Part shown: in pieces, positions 27,611 through 39,051 of the stretch | How the letters are laid out: every line of letters starts with the position of its first letter | Numbering within the stretch: the stretch's first letter is position 1 | Made by a program: the position numbers and the translations under genes | NCBI RefSeq assembly: GCF_003057965.1 | Contig: NZ_CP020921.1 | Location: forward strand, 856,916 to 920,915 | Origin: Thermodesulfobium acidiphilum | Lineage (GTDB): Bacteria > Thermodesulfobiota > Thermodesulfobiia > Thermodesulfobiales > Thermodesulfobiaceae | Length of the DNA stretch: 64,000 nucleotides | Direction of reading: 5' to 3' | The notes under the pieces: model-generated | What the model was told of the DNA's origin: nothing | Database searches by the model: none | Seen by the model: the letters and a program-made list of their open reading frames with translations, nothing else

Positions 27611-28658
27611 TTTTTAAAACCTCTCTATTAAGAAAGCCATCTGGAATATTATTAGTAGCGCAGTGCAAAGCCCCACCTTGAGTAATTAGTATTCTTGAAT
27701 CAACTGGTATTACTTCTTTGTCAAAGAATATTTTTTCAAACACCTCTATAGCATTTTCGTCTTCTTTTGAATGATATATTGGAACTAAAACTGCAGAATT
27801 AAATATTAAAAAATTAGTGTAAGTTGCAGGTAAATAATTTCCTTGTTTGTCTCTAACTTCTGGTAAAAATATTGGAATTAAATTAAAAGGCTTATTGTTA
27901 CAATCTCTAAAATTAGTTAATTCTTTTTCCATCTGATTGAGCTCATTATAATATGGGTAATTTTTATTTAATGATTTTGAATAAACTATAGTATCTTTAT
28001 TTACAAATTTAGCTAACATATCAATATGAGAGTCAGTATGGTCCCCCATCAATTTTCCACTCTTTATCCATAGAATCTTTTTTTGCTCAAATATGTTTAG
28101 AAATAATTCTTCAATAGCCTCTTTAGAATATTGAGGATTTCTGTTTTCATTAAGCAGACAATTTTGTGTAGTTAAAATTATTCCAGCAGAATTGTGATCT
28201 ATACTACCGCCTTCCAATACAAAGTTTATATCCTTTTTTATTACACGTTTATCAAAAATCCCAGATGAAAATAACTTGTTATTCAAATCGTTATCAAATT
28301 CAAAATTAAACTTATTGCCCCAACCGTTAAATTTAAAATTTAAGAAAATCAAATTATCATTCTTTTTAATAAAGATTGGCCCATTATCTCTAATCCAGGT
28401 ATCATTAGTTTTAGCTTTTAGGCAGACTAGATCTTTGTAGTTGAAGTTTAATTCATTTTCACAGCTCAAATCTTCAGGAATTATTAAAATTACTTTCCCA
28501 AATTTTATAATTTGATCTATCAAACTGTGGTAAAATAAGCGAATTTTTAGCAAATTTTTGTTCCAATCAGTTTTTTCATGTGGATAAACAAGAATTAGTC
28601 CGTCTTGTTTTTCCCACTCTGCAATTAATGTACTCAAAGATAAACCTCCAATTTTCAT
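27600..28658 (-). CDS. aguA: Agmatine deiminase
   Basis: AEWE, DTWIRD.GP, FNGWG.K, EGGS, TD.HID, GGALHC. Confidence 0.92.
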   Translation of the reverse strand: MKIGGLSLSTLIAEWEKQDGLILVYPHEKTDWNKNLLKIRLFYHSLIDQIIKFGKVILIIPEDLSCENELNFNYKDLVCLKAKTNDTWIRDNGPIFIKKNDNLIFLNFKFNGWGNKFNFEFDNDLNNKLFSSGIFDKRVIKKDINFVLEGGSIDHNSAGIILTTQNCLLNENRNPQYSKEAIEELFLNIFEQKKILWIKSGKLMGDHTDSHIDMLAKFVNKDTIVYSKSLNKNYPYYNELNQMEKELTNFRDCNNKPFNLIPIFLPEVRDKQGNYLPATYTNFLIFNSAVLVPIYHSKEDENAIEVFEKIFFDKEVIPVDSRILITQGGALHCATNNIPDGFLNREVLKNEN

Positions 28659-28705
28659 ATATTATATAATATATAATTTTAACTTCTTTATATATAATTA
28701 ATACT

Positions 28706-29515
28706 ATGACAGATAAAAATAAGAAAATTAATAAAGATATGACTAAAGAAATTTCAGAACTTCAAACCCATGTTAATAAGTTACAACATAAGCTTGAAAA
28801 TTTAAAAAGTGAATACTATTCACTCAAAAACAAATTATCTTTATTTTCTAAAACATATCAGGAAAAAATAGGAAGATTATATATTGAATTAGATAAATTA
28901 AAAATTAAAATTACCAAACTCCAACTAGATAAAAATTTAAACAAATTAAATGATGACCTTATACACCAATATATTAGAACATCTTTAATTGAAGAAGAAA
29001 TAAAACTAAATGAAATTGAAGAGAAAATTTTTTATAATCTAAAGGAAGAAAAGAATAATGAAGAATTTCAAGAAAATTTAGATTGTGAAGTAGATGATAA
29101 AATAAAAATTTTTTACAGAAAACTTGCTTCAAAATTTCATCCTGATAAAGCAAAAGGTGAAGAGGAAAAAATATTGTTTCATAATTTAATGTCAGAAATT
29201 AATTTAGCATATAATCAAGGTGATTTAAAAAAATTACAGGAATTAGCTGATTCTTTAATTAACGAATTTGATAATTCTTTAATTTCTCAAATTAAAATTT
29301 TAAAGAAGAGGATAATAACTTTAAGCAAAGAAATTGATGAAATTACTTTTAAGATTCATGAGCTAAAAAGTTTAAGCATATATACGTTATATGTTAAGGT
29401 TGTAGAAGCAAAAGAGTATGGTATTGATCTGCTGTCACAAATTGAATCATCAATTTTAGCAGAAATAGAAAAATATAATAAAAAATACAAAGATTTTAGA
29501 AAAATTGAGCTATGA
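28706..29515 (+). CDS. Coiled-coil protein with central J-domain
   Basis: YRKLASKFHPD...MSEINLAY flanked by heptad-rich helices. Confidence 0.85.
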   Translation: MTDKNKKINKDMTKEISELQTHVNKLQHKLENLKSEYYSLKNKLSLFSKTYQEKIGRLYIELDKLKIKITKLQLDKNLNKLNDDLIHQYIRTSLIEEEIKLNEIEEKIFYNLKEEKNNEEFQENLDCEVDDKIKIFYRKLASKFHPDKAKGEEEKILFHNLMSEINLAYNQGDLKKLQELADSLINEFDNSLISQIKILKKRIITLSKEIDEITFKIHELKSLSIYTLYVKVVEAKEYGIDLLSQIESSILAEIEKYNKKYKDFRKIEL

Positions 29516-31332
29516 AAAGCGAATCCATAAAACTCTTTGACAATAAAAATCTTAATATTTCGTTAAATTCTACACTCTTAAATAAGATTGTAATAAGAAG
29601 TATTGAAGAAATAGATATAATGGGGTTAAATACTAAACAAGAGAAGAAACCTTCTAATGCTAATAAATTTTATTTAGATATTTTACATAAAATTCATTGG
29701 AATAACTCTTATCCTACTTCCTCATCAATTTCGAAAAAAGCGAAATTCTTGATTGTTGGTTTTTTTAACGGGTTTATAAACTTTTGGTCTATGATAGATG
29801 GCCTATACCTTGGGAAAATCCAGCTATCAAGAAATCCAATAATTTCAATTTCATCATGCGAAAATGAAGAATTAGTTGTTGTAGGAACGTGGGATGGTTA
29901 TATATTTGTTTATTCTATTTTGCAAGGAAAAATTATTTATAATAGAAAAATTGAAAACAAACCAATTAGAAAGATTCACTTTCTTAACAGCTTGGATTTA
30001 ATATCTTATTTAACAGACGATTCTAAAATATACTTTCTGTCTTTAAAAACCAACAAAAAACTCTTGCTTTATGAAAGTAATTTAAAGATTACTGCTTATG
30101 ATATAAGGCTTAACGAGGGTCTAATTTTTTTAGGTTTCATTAATGGACTAATTGAAATTTTTAATTTCAACAGAAATGTTGTTGAAGACAAATTTTTTAA
30201 AAGCAGATATAAGATACTGAATTTATCGGTTTCAAATGATTGTAAATATTTACTTTCTGTCGATGAAGGACATTCAAATTCACTTGGTTTATATAATCTC
30301 GATTGTTTAAAGCCTATTTGTTTTTCAGACACTTTTGGAACTTGCCTGGATGCAAAGTTTGTTAACTTTTCAGATATAATTATTTCTGTTATAAATTCTT
30401 CATCTAATCTTAAAGTTTTAAGTAAAAAGGAATCTCTTATTTCAAAAGTTGTTATAGTCAATAACAAAGATACTCTAGATTTGTTAAAGAAGGAATTTTT
30501 TGAAGTAAATGATCAAATTTCTACAGCATTTATTACTAATGATACTAAAACTATTTGTTTTGGCACAAAAACAGGATTTATTAATATTTTTTCTTTAGAT
30601 AATAACAAATTAATTAACTCTGAACTTATAGAAATTAACGTGCCCGTTAAGAAAATTTTTATCGCTAACGGAATATCTAAATCTATTTTTATAAATAAAA
30701 ATGGAAAAGTTTATGTATATAACGAAATATACTTTAAAAATTTACATATTTTAGATATTAAAATTAATGATTCTAGTTTATTTATATCAGAAAATAATAT
30801 CTATTGGACTAATAACAATAAAAAATTATATACGTTGAATTTTTCAGTTGAAAATAGTATTATCCAATCATTTGATATCGATTTTATTCCTCAACGCATC
30901 ATATTATTTAAAGATTTTTTCTACTTATCAACTTATGATGGACAAATTTTTATTTTCGATTCTGTTTCAAAAAAATTAGTTGATTGTTTTCATTCAGAAA
31001 TTGAAAATGGTAAATTTGCAGTAAATGAAAAATTTAATATTATATGTTATTATGATAACAAAAATTTGAAACTTTATGATAGATTGGGTAAGTTATTGAA
31101 GGAAATAAAATTTAATTTTAGCAAAGTTAGCTTATTAACATTCTCAAGTGATGGTGTGCACTTTGCTTTTGCCAATGATGACGAAATCTGTTTGTATGAC
31201 CTGGTTTCATCCGAAAAATTAAAAACTTTTGCAGGTCATTACGATAAGGTAGCATATATTAAATTTAGAGAAAATTCAAATATTCTTTTATCTATAGGTT
31301 TTGATAAAATAGTTAATTTTTGGAAATTTTGA
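29512..31332 (+). CDS. WD40-repeat beta-propeller protein
   Basis: Repeated G..DG.I..W/F units, terminal GH..KV...F......S.GFD..V.FW. Confidence 0.85.
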   Translation: MKSESIKLFDNKNLNISLNSTLLNKIVIRSIEEIDIMGLNTKQEKKPSNANKFYLDILHKIHWNNSYPTSSSISKKAKFLIVGFFNGFINFWSMIDGLYLGKIQLSRNPIISISSCENEELVVVGTWDGYIFVYSILQGKIIYNRKIENKPIRKIHFLNSLDLISYLTDDSKIYFLSLKTNKKLLLYESNLKITAYDIRLNEGLIFLGFINGLIEIFNFNRNVVEDKFFKSRYKILNLSVSNDCKYLLSVDEGHSNSLGLYNLDCLKPICFSDTFGTCLDAKFVNFSDIIISVINSSSNLKVLSKKESLISKVVIVNNKDTLDLLKKEFFEVNDQISTAFITNDTKTICFGTKTGFINIFSLDNNKLINSELIEINVPVKKIFIANGISKSIFINKNGKVYVYNEIYFKNLHILDIKINDSSLFISENNIYWTNNNKKLYTLNFSVENSIIQSFDIDFIPQRIILFKDFFYLSTYDGQIFIFDSVSKKLVDCFHSEIENGKFAVNEKFNIICYYDNKNLKLYDRLGKLLKEIKFNFSKVSLLTFSSDGVHFAFANDDEICLYDLVSSEKLKTFAGHYDKVAYIKFRENSNILLSIGFDKIVNFWKF

Positions 31333-31381
31333 TTTATAATTAAGAAAATTAATTCAAAAGTAGCTATTAGGGAGGATATTT

Positions 31382-31852
31382 ATGAAATATTTTATTGCAG
31401 TTTTTATTTTTATAGCTTTTTTATCTTTAAACTCTCTAAGTTTACAAGCCAAAACACTAGAGTTTAATAAAGAAAATTTTCTGAAAGGTTTTAATTCAAC
31501 TAAAGAATGTTATTTAAACACTAAAACCCCCACTGATTTTGTAATATGTTCATCGGATGTATATGAAAAGGATAAAAAAGAAAAATTTTTCGACGATAGC
31601 TTTAAAATGGGATATGATTTTTCTGCATGGTATATAATGAATAAGTATAGCCTGAAAGAGGATTTTAATCAATTAGAACTTGCAATTACTAGAGATTATT
31701 TCCTTGGATTTAGACAATATCAAGTTGATTTTAATATCAATGATAAAACTCTTTTCGTTTTAACAGGTGTAGATCAACAAAAAACGAAGGATTGGATAAT
31801 GCGTTGGGCAAACATATTAAATGAGGACCCTTATGCCTCAAAAGAACAATAA
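31382..31852 (+). CDS. Exported hypothetical protein
   Basis: SD GGAGG, signal peptide ending LQA. Confidence 0.75.
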   Translation: MKYFIAVFIFIAFLSLNSLSLQAKTLEFNKENFLKGFNSTKECYLNTKTPTDFVICSSDVYEKDKKEKFFDDSFKMGYDFSAWYIMNKYSLKEDFNQLELAITRDYFLGFRQYQVDFNINDKTLFVLTGVDQQKTKDWIMRWANILNEDPYASKEQ

Positions 31853-31858
31853 ATTATA

Positions 31859-33148
31859 ATGGATCCTGATGATGTAGAACAACTATCATTTAATACATTT
31901 TCTTATTTTACAAACAATGTTCTCCTAAACGAAGAAAAGCTTAAAATTTTACTTTTTAATATTCTTGAAAATTTTGAAGATGCAATAGTTATATATGATA
32001 ATAACTTAAGATGTATTTTCTATAATTCGAAATATTTAAACATATTGAATTTAAATTCGAAAGAAATCAATTTTTTTAATCATACCTTAAAAGAAGCTAA
32101 TAATCTTTTATCAAAAAAGGTTATAAATCCAACTGTTTTCTTAAATAGGAATTCTGAAATTTTAGATTTAAGCAGGGAAACTTCTGATATTATAGAGTTA
32201 ACAAATGATACTATTTTAGAAAGGCACTCTATCCCCTTTTCAGGTAGTCCGGATTTTAAAGGGAAAATAATAATTTATAAAGATATCACGAAAAAGATAC
32301 AAGAGAATATATCAGCAAGTTTGGATCAAGAAATTATAACCACAGTTATTCAAAACCTACCATTTTATTTGTTAATTGTAGATAGAAATAAAAATATTAT
32401 TTTTGCCAATCAGCAGGCAAAAAACTTTGATAACTTAAGTTCTACTTGTTACAAACTACTCTTTGGCAGAGAAAATCCATGTGAGAATTGCCAATTAGAA
32501 ATCGTTGTTAGCCAAAAAATTAATTATGCTTTTGAAACAAATTTTAAAAATAACAAGACTTTTTCTGTAATAATATCAAACTTAAAAAGTTCGTTAGACA
32601 ATGATTTGGTTTCAATTTTTGCAATGGATATTTCAAAACACAAAGAGGTGGAAAGTAAAAATCTTTATCTTTCTTATATTGATCCACTTACGGGGATTTT
32701 GAATAGAAGAGGATTTTTTGTATTTATCAAAAGTAATTATGAAAGAGTAAAATTAAATAATAAAAAATTATTCTTATTCTTCTTTGATATTGATGGACTT
32801 AAGAAAATTAATGATAGTTATGGTCATATCAATGGAGATATTGCAATAAAAAATATTGCAAAGATATTGAAATCTGCGCTCAGAGATAGTGATTTGCTGG
32901 CTCGTTTTGGAGGGGATGAATTTGTGGCGTTGGTGGTGTGTAACTCACAAAGCAATACAGATCAAATATTGAATAGGATATCTAAAAAAATTCATGATTT
33001 AAATTCTTCAAAAATCTTAAACTTTAATTTGTCAGTATCTTGTGGCATATCAGAAGTAAAACCTGATCAGCTTCAAGAAATTGATAAAATAATTCATAAA
33101 GCTGATCAGGCGATGTATTTAGAAAAAAAACAAAAGAAAAAACTTTAA
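31859..33148 (+). CDS. PAS-PAS-GGDEF diguanylate cyclase
   Basis: DPLTG..NRR, DID.LK.IND..GH..GD, RxxD plus GGDEF. Confidence 0.92.
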   Translation: MDPDDVEQLSFNTFSYFTNNVLLNEEKLKILLFNILENFEDAIVIYDNNLRCIFYNSKYLNILNLNSKEINFFNHTLKEANNLLSKKVINPTVFLNRNSEILDLSRETSDIIELTNDTILERHSIPFSGSPDFKGKIIIYKDITKKIQENISASLDQEIITTVIQNLPFYLLIVDRNKNIIFANQQAKNFDNLSSTCYKLLFGRENPCENCQLEIVVSQKINYAFETNFKNNKTFSVIISNLKSSLDNDLVSIFAMDISKHKEVESKNLYLSYIDPLTGILNRRGFFVFIKSNYERVKLNNKKLFLFFFDIDGLKKINDSYGHINGDIAIKNIAKILKSALRDSDLLARFGGDEFVALVVCNSQSNTDQILNRISKKIHDLNSSKILNFNLSVSCGISEVKPDQLQEIDKIIHKADQAMYLEKKQKKKL

Positions 33149-34117
33149 TTAAAGAACCTCAGAGTTAACACAATATTTTGGTTTTCTCCCTTCTAAGACA
33201 TCTAAAAGATTTTCGGCTGCAAGTTGCATCATATTTAATCTTGTTTCATATGTTGCTGTTCCTATATGAGGCGTAATAATAACGTTCGGTAGGTTTAAAA
33301 GTGGACTATTAAAAGGAATCGGTTCAGGATCTACTACGTCTAAGGCAGCAAAGGCAATTTCTTTATCCAATAAAGCTTTATAAAGATCTTCTGTTACCAC
33401 AATTGGTCCTCGTGCTGCATTTATTAGAATTGCAGTTTTTTTCATTCTCTTAAAAACTTCGTAATTAAATTTTCCTCTAGTTTCAGGAGTTAGTGGTGAT
33501 AAAACAACCAAATAATCTGAAGTTTCTATTAGCTCATCGAAGCTAACATATCTGGCGTTTAGACTCTTATCATTAGGATTTGGTTTTCTATTGTGATATA
33601 TTACATTCATTAATGAAGCCTTAGCTCTTCTTGCTAAAGCAGATCCAACATTACCCATTCCAAAAATGCCAAGTGTTTTACCATGTAAATCATGAGATAA
33701 AGGATACCCAAAATTTTTAATCCATTTGCCCTCTTTAACATAATTTACAGCATTTATAATATCTCTTGCTGCACAAATTAATAAACCATAAGTAAGTTCA
33801 GCAGTTGCTTCAACAACGACATGTGGAGTATTACATACTGGTATTTTTCTTTCAGTACAATAATTTACATCAATATTATCATAGCCCACAGCACACTGAC
33901 TAACAACTTTAAGTTTTTTTGCATCTTCTAGTAAGGTTTTTGTTACAGGATAGAACGTAGAATAAAGTCCATCTGCATCTTGAAGCCAACTCTTTATAAC
34001 TTCCTGAGGAGGTTGACTTTCTTCTTCCCAGCAAACAAGGTTAACTCTTTCTTTAAGCCAATTGTATGGCTCATCTAATATTTTATTTGTCATTACCACT
34101 TTAGGTTTTGAAGACAT
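33149..34117 (-). CDS. D-2-hydroxyacid dehydrogenase (glyoxylate reductase / D-glycerate dehydrogenase type)
   Basis: VGYDNID, GIFGMGNVG, INAARG, LDV..PEP, PHIG. Confidence 0.92.
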   Translation of the reverse strand: MSSKPKVVMTNKILDEPYNWLKERVNLVCWEEESQPPQEVIKSWLQDADGLYSTFYPVTKTLLEDAKKLKVVSQCAVGYDNIDVNYCTERKIPVCNTPHVVVEATAELTYGLLICAARDIINAVNYVKEGKWIKNFGYPLSHDLHGKTLGIFGMGNVGSALARRAKASLMNVIYHNRKPNPNDKSLNARYVSFDELIETSDYLVVLSPLTPETRGKFNYEVFKRMKKTAILINAARGPIVVTEDLYKALLDKEIAFAALDVVDPEPIPFNSPLLNLPNVIITPHIGTATYETRLNMMQLAAENLLDVLEGRKPKYCVNSEVL

Positions 34118-34118
34118 T

Positions 34119-34814
34119 TTATCCTCCTTTTATTTTTTTATTATTAAGAGAAACTAAAGTTTTAAAATATTGTTCTCTATTTTCGCAAATATTTTTTGTA
34201 ATAAGTGCTACATATTTCCCCTGAAAAAAGGCGCCATCTACTTCATTTTGAGAAACACTTCTAGAAGAATTTTCACCAGCAACACAAGAAGCTCCGTAAG
34301 GAGAGCAACCAGTTATTTCACTCATAATTGTTTGACCTTTAAACAAATAAGGCAAACCGACGATTATCATTCCTTGATGAAACAAATATGGCAAAAAGGT
34401 TAGAATAGTAGACTCTTGTCCTCCGTGTTGAGTATTAGAAGAAGTAAAAACGCTGCCAACTTTTCCAAATAGTTCTCCTCTTGACCATATGCCCCCAGTG
34501 CTATCTAAAAATGTTTTCATTTGTGCGCACATGTTCCCAAATCTCGTAGGAGTCCCAAACACTATTGCATCACTATTCGTTAAATCGTCTAATGAAACCT
34601 CAGGAATTGTTCTCCTTATTTTTTGTTGAATATCCTTTGCACCCATTTTTTCTATAATATCGTCAGAAAGAGTTTCTGGAACTCTTTTTATGCTTACTTG
34701 GGTACCTTCTACACTACCCGCTCCACTGCTAATAGCCTTAGCAAGTCTGTGAACATGGCCATACAAAGAATAATATACAATTAATACTTTAGCCAAGACT
34801 TTCACTCCTTTCAA
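34119..34814 (-). CDS. wrbA: NAD(P)H:quinone oxidoreductase WrbA
   Basis: YYSLYGH, GTPTRFGNM..QM, QHGGQE, SPYGA. Confidence 0.95.
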   Translation of the reverse strand: MKGVKVLAKVLIVYYSLYGHVHRLAKAISSGAGSVEGTQVSIKRVPETLSDDIIEKMGAKDIQQKIRRTIPEVSLDDLTNSDAIVFGTPTRFGNMCAQMKTFLDSTGGIWSRGELFGKVGSVFTSSNTQHGGQESTILTFLPYLFHQGMIIVGLPYLFKGQTIMSEITGCSPYGASCVAGENSSRSVSQNEVDGAFFQGKYVALITKNICENREQYFKTLVSLNNKKIKGG

Positions 34815-34917
34815 TATTTAAAATTATATATCGATTCCTAATCACTTTTCTATTTTTTATAATAGAATCCTTTAATACTTTTCAAAATTTCACTTATTAT
34901 GTTATAATTTAGCAACT

Positions 34918-34993
34918 GCCGAGGTAGCTCAATAGGCAGAGCAGCTGATTTGTAATCAGCAGGTTGTCAGTTCGACTCTGATCCTCGGCTCCA
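34918..34993 (+). tRNA. tRNA-Thr(TGT)
   Basis: GCCGAGG...CCTCGGC-TCCA, CTGAT TTGTA ATCAG; TGtTATAAT at 34900-34908. Confidence 0.96.
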
Positions 34994-35148
34994 TTTTTTT
35001 GTAAGAGTTATAGCTAAAAGCAGGATATCTATAAAGTTGTAACTTTTAATAAAATTTTTGATTATTTTATCTGATTTTCATGTAATGATACAATTCAATC
35101 AGCCAAATGGTCTTAAGAGAAAAGTAAAGTTTATTTTTTTATGATCCC

Positions 35149-35496
35149 TTAGAAAGTTATTACTTCAAATCCATTATTAATAAATCTCGCCATTCCGGCA
35201 TGCCCAGACATATCAGACAATATATTAAGATTTCTCTTTTTTGCTTCTTCTATAGTCCCCATCATGGTTGAGCATGCTTTACACACACCTTCAAATAGAT
35301 TTAGCTTTATCGCTTTTTGTGCAAGGTTATAGAGAGGGCTATTCTCGTTATAAAGTTCTGGGATTAACTTCGTAGACTCGCCTTCTAAAACTACCCGAAT
35401 ATTTATTCCACTCTCACTGAGCTCAATGCCATAAAGCAATACATGAATAAAACACATCGAATCTCCTCTAAAGGCAAAAAGCACAACATTTTTCAT
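35149..35496 (-). CDS. DsrE-like protein
   Basis: CFIHVLL, LEGE..K, VCKACS, MSGH, G.EVITF. Confidence 0.75.
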   Translation of the reverse strand: MKNVVLFAFRGDSMCFIHVLLYGIELSESGINIRVVLEGESTKLIPELYNENSPLYNLAQKAIKLNLFEGVCKACSTMMGTIEEAKKRNLNILSDMSGHAGMARFINNGFEVITF

Positions 35497-37289
35497 TATA
35501 ACTCCCTTCCTTTCAAAATATTTTTATTCTGTAAGTTCCACTCAAGAATGCACTTTACTGCAAGAGCTGTATATTGAGGATATTTTGATATTTTTCCAGA
35601 ATAATTCTTTATGCTCCTTTCTATAACATCAGAAAATTCTCCCGAGACGTAATTATTTAACTTAATATTGTTCATAATCATCAAAGATGCGCTTGATGGG
35701 TACGATTCATCAAATACATCTGCAATAGTTTTAAATTCACCCATGCTAAAATACCAGAAGTCATCAAAAAAGTTATTCGCATCTCTTGTAAATTTAATTG
35801 CCAATTTTAGGTATTCTTCTTCTTGAGTAAACTGATATGCTTCTATAAGAGCATCTACAAGATAAGCGTAGTCCTCTAAAAATGACCTTATTTTTATTTC
35901 TTTATTATAGACTCCACAATGATATAGAATGCCATCCATATATAGAAAACTTAGCAAAGATTTTAAGCAATCTTTAGCTAAAATATAATATTTTTCATTA
36001 ATTTTTGCTGCTTTAAATAAACTCTTTATCATCATAGAATTTATTGATGTAATTATTTTCTCGTCTATAAAAGGATATTTTCTCTCCTTTCTGAGATTTT
36101 TTAGTTCATTAAGCAAAGGTACTAATTCTCTTCTATCAGAATCACTTGAGAGCCTTAATATATTTCTTCCTTTAAAATTACCCTCCTTTGTAACAGATAA
36201 TGCTTTTGGGTCAATGTTGTAATTTTTAAAAATTTTTAAAATTTCATCGTATTCGTATGTATAGTATTTACCCTCTATTCCATCAGTATCCGCATCGCTT
36301 GAAGAATAAAAAAGTCCATTTTTTTGCATCTTTTTAATCATAAATTCTATGGTCTTTAAAGCAATTTCCAGATATAACTCGTTTTTTGTGATCTGATATG
36401 TATCCAGATAAATCTGTGACAAAAGAGCGTTATCATAACCCATCTTTTCAAAGTGCGGTACGAACCAGATATTGTCTGTACTATACCTGCAAAATCCACC
36501 GTCTACAAGATCGTAAAATCCGCCCATTGACATATTTTTTAATGTATTTTCAACCATTTTTAAAGGTTTATTTAGTTTTGTTTTATCATAAATATAAATT
36601 AGAGTATCTAAAAGAGAAGTTTGAGGAAATTTTGGTGCACTTGAAAATCCGCCATATACAATGTCATAATTTTCTTCGGTTTGTTTTAAGAAGAAATCAA
36701 TTACATTAACATCTATTTTAACCTTATTTTCAATTTTATATAACAAATTAACATATTTTAAAATTTCATCGCCCAATTTAGTTAACTTTGATTTATCGCT
36801 ATTGTATTGATTTGAAATTGCGCGTAAAATTTCAGGAAAAGTATATCTAACAGACTTTTTTTCTAAAGGAATATAGGTTGCAGCAAAAAATGGCTTTAAA
36901 TCATAGGTCATAAAGATACTAAGGGGCCATCCTCCACTGCGATTGTTAAACACTATATGAACATTCTGGTAGAATTTGTCAATTTCTGGGTGTTCTTCTC
37001 TATCTACCTTAATTGAAATAAAATTCTCATTTAAAATATTAGCAACTTCCTCGTTATTGAAAGATTCTTTTTCCATTACATGACACCAGTGACAACTGCT
37101 ATAACCGATACTAAGAAAAATAGGTTTATTTTCTTTTTCTGCTTTTTTTAAAGCCTCATTGCACCAGGGATACCAATTAACCAGATTATAAGAATGTTGA
37201 AGCAAATACGGTGAACTCTCGTTAATCAATGAGTTCGGTTTATTAGAAATTTGCATATTTTCCTCCAATCTTAGCAAACTTAAGAACAT
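35496..37289 (-). CDS. Thioredoxin-domain YyaL/DUF255 protein
   Basis: [38 protein letters not shown]; likely start ATG 37256. Confidence 0.92.
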   Translation of the reverse strand: MFLSLLRLEENMQISNKPNSLINESSPYLLQHSYNLVNWYPWCNEALKKAEKENKPIFLSIGYSSCHWCHVMEKESFNNEEVANILNENFISIKVDREEHPEIDKFYQNVHIVFNNRSGGWPLSIFMTYDLKPFFAATYIPLEKKSVRYTFPEILRAISNQYNSDKSKLTKLGDEILKYVNLLYKIENKVKIDVNVIDFFLKQTEENYDIVYGGFSSAPKFPQTSLLDTLIYIYDKTKLNKPLKMVENTLKNMSMGGFYDLVDGGFCRYSTDNIWFVPHFEKMGYDNALLSQIYLDTYQITKNELYLEIALKTIEFMIKKMQKNGLFYSSSDADTDGIEGKYYTYEYDEILKIFKNYNIDPKALSVTKEGNFKGRNILRLSSDSDRRELVPLLNELKNLRKERKYPFIDEKIITSINSMMIKSLFKAAKINEKYYILAKDCLKSLLSFLYMDGILYHCGVYNKEIKIRSFLEDYAYLVDALIEAYQFTQEEEYLKLAIKFTRDANNFFDDFWYFSMGEFKTIADVFDESYPSSASLMIMNNIKLNNYVSGEFSDVIERSIKNYSGKISKYPQYTALAVKCILEWNLQNKNILKGREL

Positions 37290-37300
37290 TTAGCATAGCA

Positions 37301-37855
37301 TTAAATAGGATAATAAAGAATCATGCTTAATCTCGTAATTGAATAATAAATATTAGAGTATATGTGTGGCTTGTCAGCAAAAAATCTTATTGAATCTCCT
37401 TTGCTAATAATTAATTCTTCTTCTCCTAAAGAAACCTTTAATTCTCCTTCAAAAACTGTAATGAATTCTTGTGTTCTATCCGGATGCGCTATAGCTCTTA
37501 TACTACTGTCTTTATCAAGTTCTACTATATAAATTTCAAAACGTCTATTTTCATCAAAAGGGAAAATGGGATATACTCTGTATTTTCCACCATCTTCTAT
37601 TATGGGAGTTATATTATTAAATCTTACTACATCAACATTTGGTTTTGGGCTCTCCAGGAGTGCAGTAAAAGAAATTTTCAGTCCTGTAGTTATTTTTTTT
37701 AAAGTTGTTACTGTTGGATTTGACTCTGCTCTCTCGATTTGGCTAAGCAGTGATTTGCTAACTCCTGTAATCTCTGAAAGTTTATCAAGACTAAGTTTTC
37801 TTTTCTCTCTTATTTTTTTTAAATTATTAGCTATTATAAAATTTAAATCGTCCAA
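37301..37855 (-). CDS. XRE-HTH plus cupin transcriptional regulator
   Basis: LSLDKLSEITGVSKSLLSQIER..SNPT; cupin H...QE, GDSIRF.AD.PH. Confidence 0.92.
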   Translation of the reverse strand: MDDLNFIIANNLKKIREKRKLSLDKLSEITGVSKSLLSQIERAESNPTVTTLKKITTGLKISFTALLESPKPNVDVVRFNNITPIIEDGGKYRVYPIFPFDENRRFEIYIVELDKDSSIRAIAHPDRTQEFITVFEGELKVSLGEEELIISKGDSIRFFADKPHIYSNIYYSITRLSMILYYPI

Positions 37856-38008
37856 AAAACCTCCTAAAGTATTGCATGCTCAAACAAAATGCTATACTAT
37901 ATCAATATATTGTACAAATATATAATATAATATACAATACACACTTTAAAATGCTTATTATTTTTATTTTAGATCATTTTTTTATAAATTATTACTTAAG
38001 GAGAAAGG

Positions 38009-38719
38009 ATGAAAATTAGTAAAGATATTTTAAATACTACTTTCTTTCATGCTATTTTGATAACTATGCCTATAATGTTTGGTTATGTTTCAGGAGGAAT
38101 AGCATTTGGATTGTTATTGACCAGCAAAGATATTCCATGGATATTTGCACCTATCATGAGTCTTTTTATTTATGCTGGATCAATGCAATTTATAGCTATT
38201 CAGTTTTTTTTATCAAATACAAATCTTATTACAATTGCAATTATTACGTTGTTAATAAATTGCAGACACATGTTATATGGTCTTTCACTATTAGAAAAAT
38301 TTAACCTTACTGGAAAATTTAAACCTTATATGATATTCACTCTTACTGATGAAACTTATGCTTTATTAACAACTTTAAAAGAAACTAATGAAGCAAATAA
38401 ATCTAAATTTTACATTTATATAAGTTCATTAAACCATTTTTATTGGGTATTTGGAACACTTATAGGCGCTATATTAGGAAATATAATAAAATTTAATACA
38501 AAAGGTTTAGATTTTACTTTAACAGCGCTTTTTTTAGTAATTCTTATCGAACAGATTAGATCTTATAAAACTCGTTTACCTTTATGGATTGGTGCTATCT
38601 GTGCCATTGGATCAATTGCGGTTGTAGGTAAAGAAAATATGCTTTTACCATCAATTATAATGTCCACTTTGTTTTTGATGATTTTTAAAAAAGGGATAAT
38701 ACAAAATGAACATAATTAA
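38009..38719 (+). CDS. azlC: AzlC branched-chain amino acid exporter subunit
   Basis: YAGSMQF, N.RH..YG, LTDETYA, LDF.LTALF. Confidence 0.92.
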   Translation: MKISKDILNTTFFHAILITMPIMFGYVSGGIAFGLLLTSKDIPWIFAPIMSLFIYAGSMQFIAIQFFLSNTNLITIAIITLLINCRHMLYGLSLLEKFNLTGKFKPYMIFTLTDETYALLTTLKETNEANKSKFYIYISSLNHFYWVFGTLIGAILGNIIKFNTKGLDFTLTALFLVILIEQIRSYKTRLPLWIGAICAIGSIAVVGKENMLLPSIIMSTLFLMIFKKGIIQNEHN

Positions 38720-39047
38720 TATAATAATATCTATAGTAGCAATGACTTTAATTACATTTTTTGCAAGAGCATTTCCTTTTATTTTTTTAAGAACAAAAAA
38801 CCAATCTGAAATGCTCGTTTTTATTGGAAAATATGCACCTTTTAGTGTTATAACCATTTTAGTAATCTATTGCATAAAAGATGTTTCGTTGTCAAAACCG
38901 CCATTTGGATTAAACGAATTAATTGCTATTTTATTCGTAGTTATTCTTCACCTAAAGTTTAGGAATTTCTTTGTGAGCATATTTGTAAGTACATTCGTAT
39001 ATATGGTTTTGGTCCAGTTAAATTTATTGAACTTTTTACGCTTTTAG
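38706..39047 (+). CDS. azlD: AzlD subunit
   Basis: TFF.RAFPF, LVIYC.KD; overlaps azlC. Confidence 0.9.
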   Translation: MNIINIIISIVAMTLITFFARAFPFIFLRTKNQSEMLVFIGKYAPFSVITILVIYCIKDVSLSKPPFGLNELIAILFVVILHLKFRNFFVSIFVSTFVYMVLVQLNLLNFLRF

Positions 39048-39051
39048 TTGG

